From positions 1 to 38,250 of the forward strand of contig CAYJEM010000013.1 in assembly GCA_964369175.1 (NCBI GenBank): 38,250 bases of DNA, given 5' to 3'. Under the pieces are notes generated by a model. That model did not search any database. It was not told where the DNA came from and saw only the letters and a list, made by a program, of their open reading frames with translations. This DNA is from an uncultured Erysipelotrichales bacterium (GTDB taxonomy: Bacteria; Bacillota_I; Bacilli_A; Erysipelotrichales; Coprobacillaceae). The first letter of the stretch is position 1. Each line of letters begins with the position of its first letter. A program made the translations under genes and the position numbers. Of the stretch, positions 27,293 through 36,683 are shown one piece after another.

Positions 27293-27501
27293 TTTTTATA
27301 TTTCCCTTCTATCTAATATGTATTTACTATAGCATAAATTAATATAATTTGTATACTTTTGTCATAAAAAACATGAATAATAGCATAAAACACATAGTAG
27401 ATGTGTATAAATAAAAACATTATTAGATTGTTAGAATAGATATATTTGATATGGTAAAATTATTAAAAGAACTATTGTTATTATTATAAGAGGAATCAAT
27501 T

Positions 27502-27822
27502 ATGAAAGCATATAAAAAAATGGTTCCCTTGTTACTAAGTAATGTATTTATATTTTATATTGTGCCAAGTTTTTTGGGGCACGATAAAGTATCAGGAACT
27601 ACAATATTAATATTATTCTCTGGTTTTGTATTTATATCTTCAGTATACTATGGTACAAATAATCAAGTTCGATTATCCTACGCTCTGATAATAGGGATTA
27701 TATCATTGCCAGCAGTATTCTATTATTATCCAGAGTTCGCATTAACTTTCTCAATTATTTGTTGTTTAGTTGCGTATATTGGCAGTGTACTAGGAAGGGT
27801 GTTTACGTTTGTTGGAATATAG
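27502..27822 (+). CDS. Hypothetical small membrane protein (3 TM)
   Basis: 106 aa, RBS aagagga. No motif recognised. Confidence 0.4.
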   Translation: MKAYKKMVPLLLSNVFIFYIVPSFLGHDKVSGTTILILFSGFVFISSVYYGTNNQVRLSYALIIGIISLPAVFYYYPEFALTFSIICCLVAYIGSVLGRVFTFVGI

Positions 27823-27923
27823 AAAGGAAAATAATAATAACAATAGTTTAAAGATTACAATGTAGTCTTTTTATTTTTGCGTGAATAGTATATTATAAAT
27901 AGTGGAAATAGAAGGAGAACACA

Positions 27924-29003
27924 ATGTTATTTGAAAAAACTAGAATAGGAAATATCGAAGTAAATAACCGTTTTGTACGTAGTGCAACATGGGAAAACAT
28001 GGCTGATGAAAAAGGAAATTTAAATGAATCATTATATATAGTATATGAAGAACTTGCAAAAAATCATGTGGGATTAATAATCACAGGATATGCTAACATC
28101 GTCGAAGAAGAAAAACCTAATCCAGGAATGATGGGAATCTATAATGATACCTTTATAGAGCAATATCAAGAACTAACTAACAGAGTTCATAAATATGATT
28201 GCAAAGTAATTATGCAACTTGCTTATGGAGGTACAAAAACAACATATAACGTTGGAGAAAGAGTAATCTTTGCACCAAGTACAGTTGCTGAAGCATCTAC
28301 TGGAGTTGTTGGAAAAGAGATGACAAAAGAAGATATTCAATATATTGTTAATGCATTTGGTGATAGTGCTAAGCGTGCTAAAGAAGCAAATTTTGATGGT
28401 ATTGAAATTCATGGTGCTCATACATATTTAATAAACCAGTTTTTAAGTCCGTATTACAACAAAAGAACTGATGAATATGGTGGTTGCTTAAGAAATCGCA
28501 TAAGATTTTTAGAAGAAATATATGCAAATTGTCGCCAAAAAGTTGGTGATGACTTTACAATTATGGTAAAACTTACATGTATCGATTTTCTAGATGGTGG
28601 GTTAGAATTAGAAGAAACAATTGAAATATGTAAATATATGGAAACATTGGGTGTTGATGCAATTGAACTTACAGGAAATGTACATGGAAAAGCAAATACA
28701 ATGATTGGAAAAGAATTTAATGGCTATGTAATCCAAAAAGAAGGATTTTTTATTGAATTTGTTAAAGCACTAAAGAAACATATTTCATTACCTATAATTG
28801 CAGTTGGTGGATTTCGAAGTCTAGAAGCAGTAGATATATATCACGATGAAGGTGTTGATTTTTTTGCATTATCGAGACCATTGCTAGCGCAACCAAATCT
28901 TATTTCCTTGTGGGAAAATAATGAGTCTATTAAAGCTAAGTGTATTAGTTGTTCAAAGTGTAGAACAAGTACTGGTAATTATTGTACAGTATTTAAAGGA
29001 TAA
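27924..29003 (+). CDS. Old-yellow-enzyme family NADH:flavin oxidoreductase with a C-terminal CxxCxxC-x7-C motif
   Basis: TIM-barrel OYE motifs (NRFVRSATWE, HGAHTYLINQFLSP) are present. The protein ends with KCISCSKCRTSTGNYC. Confidence 0.8.
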   Translation: MLFEKTRIGNIEVNNRFVRSATWENMADEKGNLNESLYIVYEELAKNHVGLIITGYANIVEEEKPNPGMMGIYNDTFIEQYQELTNRVHKYDCKVIMQLAYGGTKTTYNVGERVIFAPSTVAEASTGVVGKEMTKEDIQYIVNAFGDSAKRAKEANFDGIEIHGAHTYLINQFLSPYYNKRTDEYGGCLRNRIRFLEEIYANCRQKVGDDFTIMVKLTCIDFLDGGLELEETIEICKYMETLGVDAIELTGNVHGKANTMIGKEFNGYVIQKEGFFIEFVKALKKHISLPIIAVGGFRSLEAVDIYHDEGVDFFALSRPLLAQPNLISLWENNESIKAKCISCSKCRTSTGNYCTVFKG

Positions 29004-29005
29004 GC

Positions 29006-29035
29006 AATTTATTATTGCTTATTTTTTATTATTTT
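29006..29035 (+). terminator. Rho-independent terminator
   Basis: Stem aagcaat/attgctt around loop ttatt, followed by a T-rich run. Confidence 0.55.
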
Positions 29036-29093
29036 TTATTATTTTATAGAAAGTAATAAAAAACATGATATACTGTGACAAGGGGGTGTTTCT

Positions 29094-29858
29094 ATGTTTG
29101 CAAAAGAAAGACAAGAAAAAATAGTATCCTTGGTAAATGAAAAAGGATCTATTAAAGTAAAAGAATTAGCAGTACAATTTGAAGTAACCGAAGACAGTAT
29201 CCGTAAAGATTTAACAATTCTCGAAAGAAAAGGATTATTACAAAAAACATATGGTGGAGCCATAAAGGTTAGAACCATTACCCATAACTTTGGAGTTGAC
29301 ACTAGAAGATTATTAAATTCAGATGAAAAGAAAGAAATTGCTAGAAAAGCATTCTCATTAATTGAGGAGGGAGATACTATCTTTCTAGATGTATCAACTA
29401 TTGCTATTGAAATAGCGAACTTAATTGTTGAACATAAAAGCCGTATTACAGTAATGAGTAATATGTTAGATGTATTAAATGTACTTATAAAGTCAAATAC
29501 AATAGATGTATTATTTATTGGTGGGAGTTTAAATCGTACACGTGATGCCTTTATCGGAACTCATGCAATACAACAAATTGAGAAGTTTCAATTTGATAAG
29601 GCATTTTTAGGATGTGTTGGTGTCGATGTGGATGAAGATAAAGTATATACCTATAAGATAGATGATGGATACACAAAAGAAGCAATCTTAAAAGCAACAA
29701 AAAATCCATATTTAGTATTAGAACGTGATAAATTTTTACATGATGGTACATACTGTTATTGTACATTACAAGATTGTAAAGGGGTTATTACAAGTTCAAA
29801 AGTGGATTTAGAAATTGTACATAAAATTCATGAATTGGAAGTTAATATTATAAAGTAA
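29094..29858 (+). CDS. DeoR-family transcriptional regulator (N-terminal HTH, C-terminal sugar-phosphate-binding DeoR_C domain)
   Basis: N-terminal HTH (KERQEKIVSLVNEKGSIKVKELAVQFEVTEDSIRKDL) and a C-terminal ~160 aa DeoR_C-like domain. Confidence 0.85.
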   Translation: MFAKERQEKIVSLVNEKGSIKVKELAVQFEVTEDSIRKDLTILERKGLLQKTYGGAIKVRTITHNFGVDTRRLLNSDEKKEIARKAFSLIEEGDTIFLDVSTIAIEIANLIVEHKSRITVMSNMLDVLNVLIKSNTIDVLFIGGSLNRTRDAFIGTHAIQQIEKFQFDKAFLGCVGVDVDEDKVYTYKIDDGYTKEAILKATKNPYLVLERDKFLHDGTYCYCTLQDCKGVITSSKVDLEIVHKIHELEVNIIK

Positions 29859-29945
29859 TAAAAAGTAATAAAAAACAATAAAAATATATTGACTATTCCA
29901 TGCAATAATATATACTAGTATTGTAAAGTAATAACAAACAATAAC
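29851..29945. promoter_or_regulatory. Promoter region of the glycyl-radical-enzyme operon: TTGACT, 17 nt, ATACTA, flanked by AAAGTAATAA-type direct repeats
   Basis: Tandem aaagtaataa, aaagtaataa and aaaacaataa lie upstream. aaagtaataa and caaacaataa lie downstream of the -10. The same motif occurs at 29051-29064 in the deoR promoter. Confidence 0.45.
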
Positions 29946-29958
29946 TGGAGGAATAAAC

Positions 29959-32304
29959 ATGGATGTCGTAAAAACAGATAGAATAGATTATTTACAAAAA
30001 AATGCTATGAACACAGAACGTTATGTATCGATTGAACAGGCAAAATTAATCACAGAATCATATAAAAAGCATGAAGATAAACCAAGAATCATTCAAAGAG
30101 CACATTCTCTTGCTAATGCACTAGAAAATTTAGAAATTGCAATTGATGAAAAAGAATTAGTTGTAGGTAATCGTACAGTAGGAATTCGTCATGGAGTTGT
30201 ATTTCCAGAAAGTGGATGTAACTGGGTATATAAAGAGGCAGATACTATGTTTACTCGTCCACAAGATAAATTTATTTTTAGAGATGAAGATATTGAATAT
30301 TTTAAAAATGAAATTTATCCATACTGGCAAGATAAGTCAATGGAAAATCTGATTCGTGAAAGATATGGTAAAGAAATTGATTTAATTACTCCAGTTGCAA
30401 AGATAAACCAAAAGGATCATGCACAAGGGCACATTTGTCCTGATTGTACAAGCTGGTTATTAACAAATCCAACTGCTTTAAAAGAAGAGGCTAAGGCATT
30501 ACTTGAAAAAGAAACAGTACAATCTAAACGTGAATTTTATGAGTCACAAATTATTGTAATGGAAGCAGTGGCTGTGTTCTACAACCGCTATGGGGATTTG
30601 GCAGATAAAATGATTAAAGAATTAGGTGTTGATGAAAATCACTCGTTATATACAATTCGTAATAATTGTTATCATCTAGCAAATAATGCACCAGAAAACT
30701 TCCATCAGGCAGTTCAAGCATTATGGTTTTTATTTACAATCCTACACATGGAATCGAATGCTTCAAGCTTTTCTCCAGGAAGAATGGATAAGTACTTATA
30801 TCCTTTCTATAAAAAAGATATTGATGCAGGAAAAACGAATCAAGAATTATTTGATATATTGTCATGTTTATGGATTAAGTTTAATGAAATTGTATATTTA
30901 CGTAATAGCCATAGTGCTAAATTTTTTGCAGGGTTTCCAATTGGTTTCAATATCGCATTAGGTGGTGTTGATGAAAATAATCAACCATTTGAAAATGAAT
31001 TATCGTTTATGTGTTTACAGGCACAAGAGAATTTAGGGTTACCACAACCAAATTTATCAGTACGTGTTCATGAAAACACATCAAAAGAATTATTAGAAAA
31101 GGCAGTTACAGTTGTTTCTAAAGGAAGCGGGATGCCACAATTCTTTAATGATAAAAGTGTTATTAATGCATTAATTGACTTAGGTATTGACAAAGAAGAT
31201 GCCCGTGACTATGCAATTGTTGGGTGTGTTGAAATTACTACTCAAGGAAATAACTTAGGGTGGTCAGATGCAGCAATGTTCAATCTAAATAAAGCGTTAG
31301 AGTTAACATTAAATAATGGTAAATGTTTACTTACTGGAAATCAAATTGGTTTGGATTTAGGGAACTTAACTACTTTTGAAACTTTTGAAGACTTGGAAGA
31401 AGCATTTAAAAAACAAATTAAATATTTCATTGATGAAATGATGAAAGCATGTACAGTTGTAGAAATTGCTCATCAAGAATGTATACCAACACCATTTTTA
31501 TCAAGTGTAATCCAAGGGTGCATTGAAAAAGGTATGGATGTTACTGCAGGTGGGGCTAAATACAATTTATCAGGTATTCAAATGATTCAAATTGCAAACT
31601 TAGCAGATAGTTTAGCTGTAGCTAAAGAACTAATCTATGATACAAATAAAATATCCAAAGAAGAGATGATGAGTGCCCTTCAAGATAATTATGAAGGACA
31701 TGATCTTACAAAAGCAATTATTGAAAATGTTGCAAAAAGATATGGAAATGATATTGAATGGGTAGATAACTTAGGTGCTAAATATGCACGTTTCTTTAAA
31801 GAGGAAGTAAGCAAATATACAAACTACCGTGGTGGAAAAATTCATACTGGTATGTATACTGTATCAGCCCATGTACCTATGGGAGAAAATGTTGGAGCGG
31901 CATTAGATGGTCGCCTAGCTAAAGAACCACTTGCTGATGGAGGAATGTCACCTGTATACGGTCGTGATGTAAAAGGACCAACAGCGGTATTAAAATCGGT
32001 TAGTCGTCTAGGTAATGATTTGACAACAAATGGTGGATTATTGAATTTAAAATTCTTACCTTCATTCTTTAATGAAGAGGGAATTAAAAAATTTGCATTA
32101 TTCTTAAGAGCATTTGTAGACTTAGAAATTCCACATATTCAATTTAACGTTGTACAACCACAAGATTTAAAAGCAGCTAAAGAATCACCAGAAAAGTATA
32201 AAAACTTAACAATACGCGTTGCTGGGTATACTGCATATTTTGTAGAATTAGATGGTAAATTACAAGATGAAATCATTAACCGTACAAGCTATGAACAAAT
32301 CTAG
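29959..32304 (+). CDS. Glycyl radical enzyme, eliminase/dehydratase class (PFL superfamily; YbiW-like)
   Basis: 781 aa. C-terminal glycyl-radical motif RVAGYTAYF. Active-site loop AIVGCVEITTQG has a single thiyl Cys plus Glu, as in GCVE-type dehydratases/lyases, not the CC of PFL. Confidence 0.88.
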   Translation: MDVVKTDRIDYLQKNAMNTERYVSIEQAKLITESYKKHEDKPRIIQRAHSLANALENLEIAIDEKELVVGNRTVGIRHGVVFPESGCNWVYKEADTMFTRPQDKFIFRDEDIEYFKNEIYPYWQDKSMENLIRERYGKEIDLITPVAKINQKDHAQGHICPDCTSWLLTNPTALKEEAKALLEKETVQSKREFYESQIIVMEAVAVFYNRYGDLADKMIKELGVDENHSLYTIRNNCYHLANNAPENFHQAVQALWFLFTILHMESNASSFSPGRMDKYLYPFYKKDIDAGKTNQELFDILSCLWIKFNEIVYLRNSHSAKFFAGFPIGFNIALGGVDENNQPFENELSFMCLQAQENLGLPQPNLSVRVHENTSKELLEKAVTVVSKGSGMPQFFNDKSVINALIDLGIDKEDARDYAIVGCVEITTQGNNLGWSDAAMFNLNKALELTLNNGKCLLTGNQIGLDLGNLTTFETFEDLEEAFKKQIKYFIDEMMKACTVVEIAHQECIPTPFLSSVIQGCIEKGMDVTAGGAKYNLSGIQMIQIANLADSLAVAKELIYDTNKISKEEMMSALQDNYEGHDLTKAIIENVAKRYGNDIEWVDNLGAKYARFFKEEVSKYTNYRGGKIHTGMYTVSAHVPMGENVGAALDGRLAKEPLADGGMSPVYGRDVKGPTAVLKSVSRLGNDLTTNGGLLNLKFLPSFFNEEGIKKFALFLRAFVDLEIPHIQFNVVQPQDLKAAKESPEKYKNLTIRVAGYTAYFVELDGKLQDEIINRTSYEQI

Positions 32305-33193
32305 TATTGGAACAGTCTTTGATATTAAGAAATTTGCTGTTCATGATGGTGTAGGAATTCGCACAACTGTATTTTTAAAGGGATGTAACTTAAAGTGTGT
32401 ATGGTGCCATAACCCTGAAGGGTTATCATCAACTCGCAATGTTACTATTAAAAATTCATGTATTCACTGTAATCGATGTAAATCAGTGGATGATGATAAT
32501 GTTGTTTATGTTGAAAATGGAAAGCGTTATATAATGAATAATACTGAGATAGATTATCAAAAGTATATCGATATATGTCCTATTGAGGCAATTAGTTATG
32601 ATTCAAAATATTATCAAGTTGAAGAATTAGTACAAGAGATTTTAGATGATTGTGTATTTTTAAAATATGGTGGAGTAACATTTTCTGGTGGGGAACCGCT
32701 ATTGCATTATGATTTTTTACTGGCGTGTGTTAAAAGATTAAAACAGGAAAATATCCATATTGCTATTGAAAGTGCTATGGTAATTGACCCCATAAAAGTG
32801 AAATCACTAATTCCATATATCGATGAATGGTTTTGTGACTTAAAAATATTTAATGATAACGATCATAAAAAATATACTGGTGTTTCAAATAAGTTGGTAC
32901 TAAAGAATATTGAACAACTACTAGAAAATGATGTAAATATTACAATTCGAACACCATTAATACCAACACTTAGTGCAACGAAAAAAAATATTAAAGAAAT
33001 TGCAACATATTTATACACGATAAATAAAGATGTTAAATTAGAATTATTAAACTATAACCCACTAGCACTTAGTAAGTATCAAAGTTTAAAGATGAAGTAT
33101 TACTTTGATGAAAATCCAAGTATGTTTAGTGAAGAACAAATGAAAGAGTTTAGAAATATCGCAGCAAACTGTGGTATTAATAATATAAAATAA
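32252..33193 (+). CDS. Glycyl-radical enzyme activating protein (radical SAM, with two auxiliary ferredoxin-like clusters); start may be 32292
   Basis: CNLKCVWCHNPE radical-SAM CX3CX2C motif. Extra Cys clusters CIHCNRCKSV and CPIEAI. Overlaps the GRE 3' end. Confidence 0.85.
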   Translation: MVNYKMKSLTVQAMNKSSIGTVFDIKKFAVHDGVGIRTTVFLKGCNLKCVWCHNPEGLSSTRNVTIKNSCIHCNRCKSVDDDNVVYVENGKRYIMNNTEIDYQKYIDICPIEAISYDSKYYQVEELVQEILDDCVFLKYGGVTFSGGEPLLHYDFLLACVKRLKQENIHIAIESAMVIDPIKVKSLIPYIDEWFCDLKIFNDNDHKKYTGVSNKLVLKNIEQLLENDVNITIRTPLIPTLSATKKNIKEIATYLYTINKDVKLELLNYNPLALSKYQSLKMKYYFDENPSMFSEEQMKEFRNIAANCGINNIK

Positions 33194-33204
33194 AGGAGAT
33201 AATT

Positions 33205-33882
33205 ATGAAATTTATTATTGATGATGCAAATGTAGAAGTTATTAAAGAAATCTGGGATTTATATCCATGTGATGGAGTAACAACAAATCCATCAATTCTT
33301 GCTAAAGCTGGAAAACCACCTTATGAAGTATTAAAAGAAATTAGAGCAATTATTGGTAGTGAAGCAGAATTACACGTACAAGTAACTGCTAATACTTATG
33401 AGGGGATGTTGGATGATGCACATCGTATTATTAAAGAGTTAGGAAGTAACACATATGTAAAAGTGCCAACTACACCTTTAGGGTTAAAAGTTATGAAACA
33501 ACTTCATAAAGAGGGGATTTATATCACAGCAACAGCAATCTATACAGCAATGCAAGGATACTTAGCTGCAAAAGCGGGTGCTAGTTATGCTGCTCCTTAC
33601 GTAAATCGTATTGATAATTTAGGAGCAAATGGTGTAGAAACTGCTAAAACAATTGATGATATCTTTAAAACAAATAATTTACCATGTGAAGTATTAGCAG
33701 CTTCATTTAAAAATTCACAACAAGTATTAGAGCTTACAGCTTATGGTATTGGTGCAAGTACTATTGGAACTGATGTTATTTTAGGATTAATTAAACATGA
33801 TTGTGTAGGGTTAGCTGTAGAAGTGTTCGAAAAAGATTTTGAAGGTCTTTGTGGTACAGGAAAAACAATGGCAAATATCTAA
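33205..33882 (+). CDS. Fructose-6-phosphate aldolase / transaldolase-like (TalC/FsaA subfamily)
   Basis: 225 aa. N-terminus MKFIIDDANVEVIKEI...DGVTTNPSIL. The Schiff-base lysine context (VKVPTT) and short length are typical of the FSA/TalC subfamily. Confidence 0.85.
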   Translation: MKFIIDDANVEVIKEIWDLYPCDGVTTNPSILAKAGKPPYEVLKEIRAIIGSEAELHVQVTANTYEGMLDDAHRIIKELGSNTYVKVPTTPLGLKVMKQLHKEGIYITATAIYTAMQGYLAAKAGASYAAPYVNRIDNLGANGVETAKTIDDIFKTNNLPCEVLAASFKNSQQVLELTAYGIGASTIGTDVILGLIKHDCVGLAVEVFEKDFEGLCGTGKTMANI

Positions 33883-33888
33883 ATTAAA

Positions 33889-33916
33889 CTTGCTTTATGC
33901 GAGTTTTTTTATTAAT
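33889..33916 (+). terminator. Rho-independent terminator after the aldolase gene
   Basis: Stem aacttgc/gcgagtt (one G-U pair) with loop tttat, then T7. Confidence 0.5.
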
Positions 33917-34014
33917 GCAATTATTTTTTATTTTTTTATATTTTATAGAAAAAAATGTATCTTTTACTTGATTTTTTAAGTATAATATGCATGAGAGGAA
34001 GAAAGGAGTAGCGT

Positions 34015-34464
34015 ATGAAAATTACAACAAAAGGCAGATATGCATTGCGTCTAATGGTTCATTTAGCACAAAATTCTTCTAGAGATAGAATATCTTTAAA
34101 AGACATAGCAGTAGGTGAAGATATTTCTATGAAATATTTAGAACAAATTGTACCGTATCTAGCAAAAGAAAATTTGGTTCACTCAACAAGAGGGGCTAGA
34201 GGAGGATACAGTCTTACTAAATCTCCAGAGGAATATAGCGTAGGTGAAATTATAGAAGCAGTAGAAGGAAAAGTGTGTTTAGTAGATTGTACTCATGGAA
34301 ATGAGAACTGTAGTCGATATGATGAATGTCATACGTCGGCATTGTGGTCAGGATTATCTAATGAAATCCGCAATTATTTAAATGATTTTCCTTTATCTAA
34401 CTTATTAGTACAAGAAGAAGAGGATATTAAGTGCAAGATGGGGGAAGCACCACATATTTTGTAG
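34015..34464 (+). CDS. Rrf2-family transcriptional regulator (CymR/IscR-like)
   Basis: N-terminus MKITTKGRYALRLMVHLA is the Rrf2 HTH signature. It sits upstream of cysK, as cymR does in Bacillales. Confidence 0.8.
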   Translation: MKITTKGRYALRLMVHLAQNSSRDRISLKDIAVGEDISMKYLEQIVPYLAKENLVHSTRGARGGYSLTKSPEEYSVGEIIEAVEGKVCLVDCTHGNENCSRYDECHTSALWSGLSNEIRNYLNDFPLSNLLVQEEEDIKCKMGEAPHIL

Positions 34465-34550
34465 ATTTGAATACTAACAAATAAAAAAGAGCTAGTTGGA
34501 TGACTAGTTCTTTTTTCATATGGTATACTACGGTTAATGGAGGAAATAAT

Positions 34551-35474
34551 ATGATACATGATACAATTTTAACAACAATTGGGAATACACCAATAATTAA
34601 AGCAAATGGCTTTGAGAAAATAAACAAGATAAAGGCTTCTATATATGTAAAAGTAGAATCATTTAATCCTGGGGGATCAATGAAAGATCGCATCGCTATG
34701 CAAATGATAAAACAGGCGATAGATAATCATCAAATAACATCAGATACAACAATTATTGAACCAACAAGTGGAAATACTGGAATCGGTTTAGCCTCAGTAT
34801 GTGCTAGTTTAGGCTATAAGTTAATTATAACTATGCCTGAGACAATGAGTATTGAAAGACAAAAGTTAGTTAGTGCATATGGAGCAAAGATTGTTTTAAC
34901 AGAGGGTAGTAAAGGTATGAAGGGGGCAATTGAGAAAGCGAAGCAATTGCATGAAGAAATTACAAATAGTTTTATACCAAGTCAATTTGAAAATCCAGAA
35001 AATCCACATGTGCATTATCTTACAACGGGGCCTGAGATATATAATCAAATGGATAAAAATATAGATGTACTAGTGGCAGGTGTTGGAACTGGAGGAAGTA
35101 TTAGTGGAATTGGAAAATATTTAAAGCAACAAGATGAAAGAATAGAAGTTGTTGCAGTAGAACCTAAGGGCTCACCAGTACTTTCAGGAGGTAATCCGGG
35201 GCCACATAAAATACAAGGAATCGGTGCTGGATTTATTCCAGATACTTTAAATGTAAGTATTTTTGATAAGGTTATTCAAGTAGATGTCGAAGATGCCTAC
35301 GTAGCAGCTAACCAACTTGCAAAAAATGACGGCATTTTAGTAGGTATTTCTAGTGGTGCAGTATTACATGCAATTAAAGAATTAACAAAAGATAGTCACT
35401 ATGATGGTAAAAGAATTGTAGCAATTATGCCTGATGGTGGGGACCGTTATTTATCAACTCCTCTATATCAATAA
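34551..35474 (+). CDS. cysK: Cysteine synthase A (O-acetylserine sulfhydrylase, PLP-dependent)
   Basis: Start chosen at MIHDTIL after ggagg. PLP-lysine context (SFNPGGSMKDR), TSGNTGIGLA, GTGGS(I)SG. Confidence 0.85.
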   Translation: MIHDTILTTIGNTPIIKANGFEKINKIKASIYVKVESFNPGGSMKDRIAMQMIKQAIDNHQITSDTTIIEPTSGNTGIGLASVCASLGYKLIITMPETMSIERQKLVSAYGAKIVLTEGSKGMKGAIEKAKQLHEEITNSFIPSQFENPENPHVHYLTTGPEIYNQMDKNIDVLVAGVGTGGSISGIGKYLKQQDERIEVVAVEPKGSPVLSGGNPGPHKIQGIGAGFIPDTLNVSIFDKVIQVDVEDAYVAANQLAKNDGILVGISSGAVLHAIKELTKDSHYDGKRIVAIMPDGGDRYLSTPLYQ

Positions 35475-35510
35475 AATATATAATATGTTATTATAAGGAG
35501 AGGTGATTTT

Positions 35511-36641
35511 ATGAAATTAGATAGAAAAAATATAGAGAAGATTTTAGGTATTATCACATTTACAATTGTTTTATATACATGTTTACAAAATTTTGATATT
35601 GTACTATCGGCATTTTCATATATTTGGGGAATTACTTTTCCATTTATTTTAGGAGGTGCAATTGCTTTTGTTATTAATATACCAATGTCATTCTTTGAAA
35701 AATTTGTAACTAAGGTAGTAAAACATGCAACAACAGCCAGAGCAATATCATTAATATTAGCACTAGCAAGTTTTGTAGCAGTGTTATGGATTGTTATGTT
35801 CTTGTTAATACCTGAATTAGTACGTACTGGAATTGCAATTTCTAAGAGTGTTGAAGAATTTATACCAGTTGCTATTGAGTGGAGTGAACAAATTGCATCT
35901 GATCCATTAATTGGTCCATATGTAGCAAACATTAATATTGATTGGGAATCAGTACTTGGGTCGATAACATCATTTATTCAAACAAGTGGTACAAAATGGT
36001 TATCTTCATCATTAACATTTGCTGGTTCGGTGTTTTCAGGAATTGTTAGCACTGTTATTGGAATTGTCTTTTCATTTTATGTGCTTGTTCAAAAAGAGAC
36101 ATTATCATCACATGCAAATAAAATACTACATGCATTATTTCATAGTAAATTTATAAATCCAATTATTGAGGTACTGACTTTAAGTAATAAAACATTCCGT
36201 CGATTTATAACAGGACAGTGTTTAGAAGCACTAATACTAGGTTCGTTATTTGTAGTAACAATGACAATTCTAGGATTACCATATGCTCTATTGATTGGAG
36301 TTATTATTTCGGTAACAGCATTAGTACCAATCGTAGGTGCATTTCTAGGATGTTTTATAGGTATTTTACTACTAATTATTAATGATCCAACACAAGCATT
36401 AATATTTGTTGTATTATTCTTGATTTTACAACAAGTAGAAGGTAATTTGATTTATCCTCATGTAGTTGGAAGTTCAGTGGGCTTACCTTCAATATGGGTA
36501 CTAGTTGCCATTACAATTGGTGGTACTTTATTTGGTATTACAGGAATGTTGATATTTATTCCACTTGTCTCAGTTTTCTATGTATTATTTAGAAAGTTTA
36601 TATATGGAAGATTGAAAGAAAAGAACATAACGTTAGATTAG
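35511..36641 (+). CDS. AI-2E family transporter (PerM/YdiK-like permease)
   Basis: 376 aa, about 8 TM helices, sequence typical of the AI-2E family. RBS aaggagagg. Confidence 0.75.
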   Translation: MKLDRKNIEKILGIITFTIVLYTCLQNFDIVLSAFSYIWGITFPFILGGAIAFVINIPMSFFEKFVTKVVKHATTARAISLILALASFVAVLWIVMFLLIPELVRTGIAISKSVEEFIPVAIEWSEQIASDPLIGPYVANINIDWESVLGSITSFIQTSGTKWLSSSLTFAGSVFSGIVSTVIGIVFSFYVLVQKETLSSHANKILHALFHSKFINPIIEVLTLSNKTFRRFITGQCLEALILGSLFVVTMTILGLPYALLIGVIISVTALVPIVGAFLGCFIGILLLIINDPTQALIFVVLFLILQQVEGNLIYPHVVGSSVGLPSIWVLVAITIGGTLFGITGMLIFIPLVSVFYVLFRKFIYGRLKEKNITLD

Positions 36642-36668
36642 ATGCAACTTGATTGCATCTTTTTATAG
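36641..36668 (+). terminator. Rho-independent terminator
   Basis: Stem gatgcaa/ttgcatc with loop cttga, followed by TTTTTAT. Confidence 0.55.
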
Positions 36669-36683
36669 GAGGAAATTAGAATT

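Noticed and set aside
29036-29050. Short AT tandem repeat (tattatttttt x2.5)
   Set aside because: It is a simple low-complexity run in a terminator or promoter spacer and not a structured repeat element. It is not CRISPR-like (no spacers).
35468-35932. 154-aa minus-strand ORF overlapping the AI-2E transporter
   Set aside because: It is antisense to a polytopic transporter gene with a good RBS, and the composition looks like mirrored hydrophobic codons.
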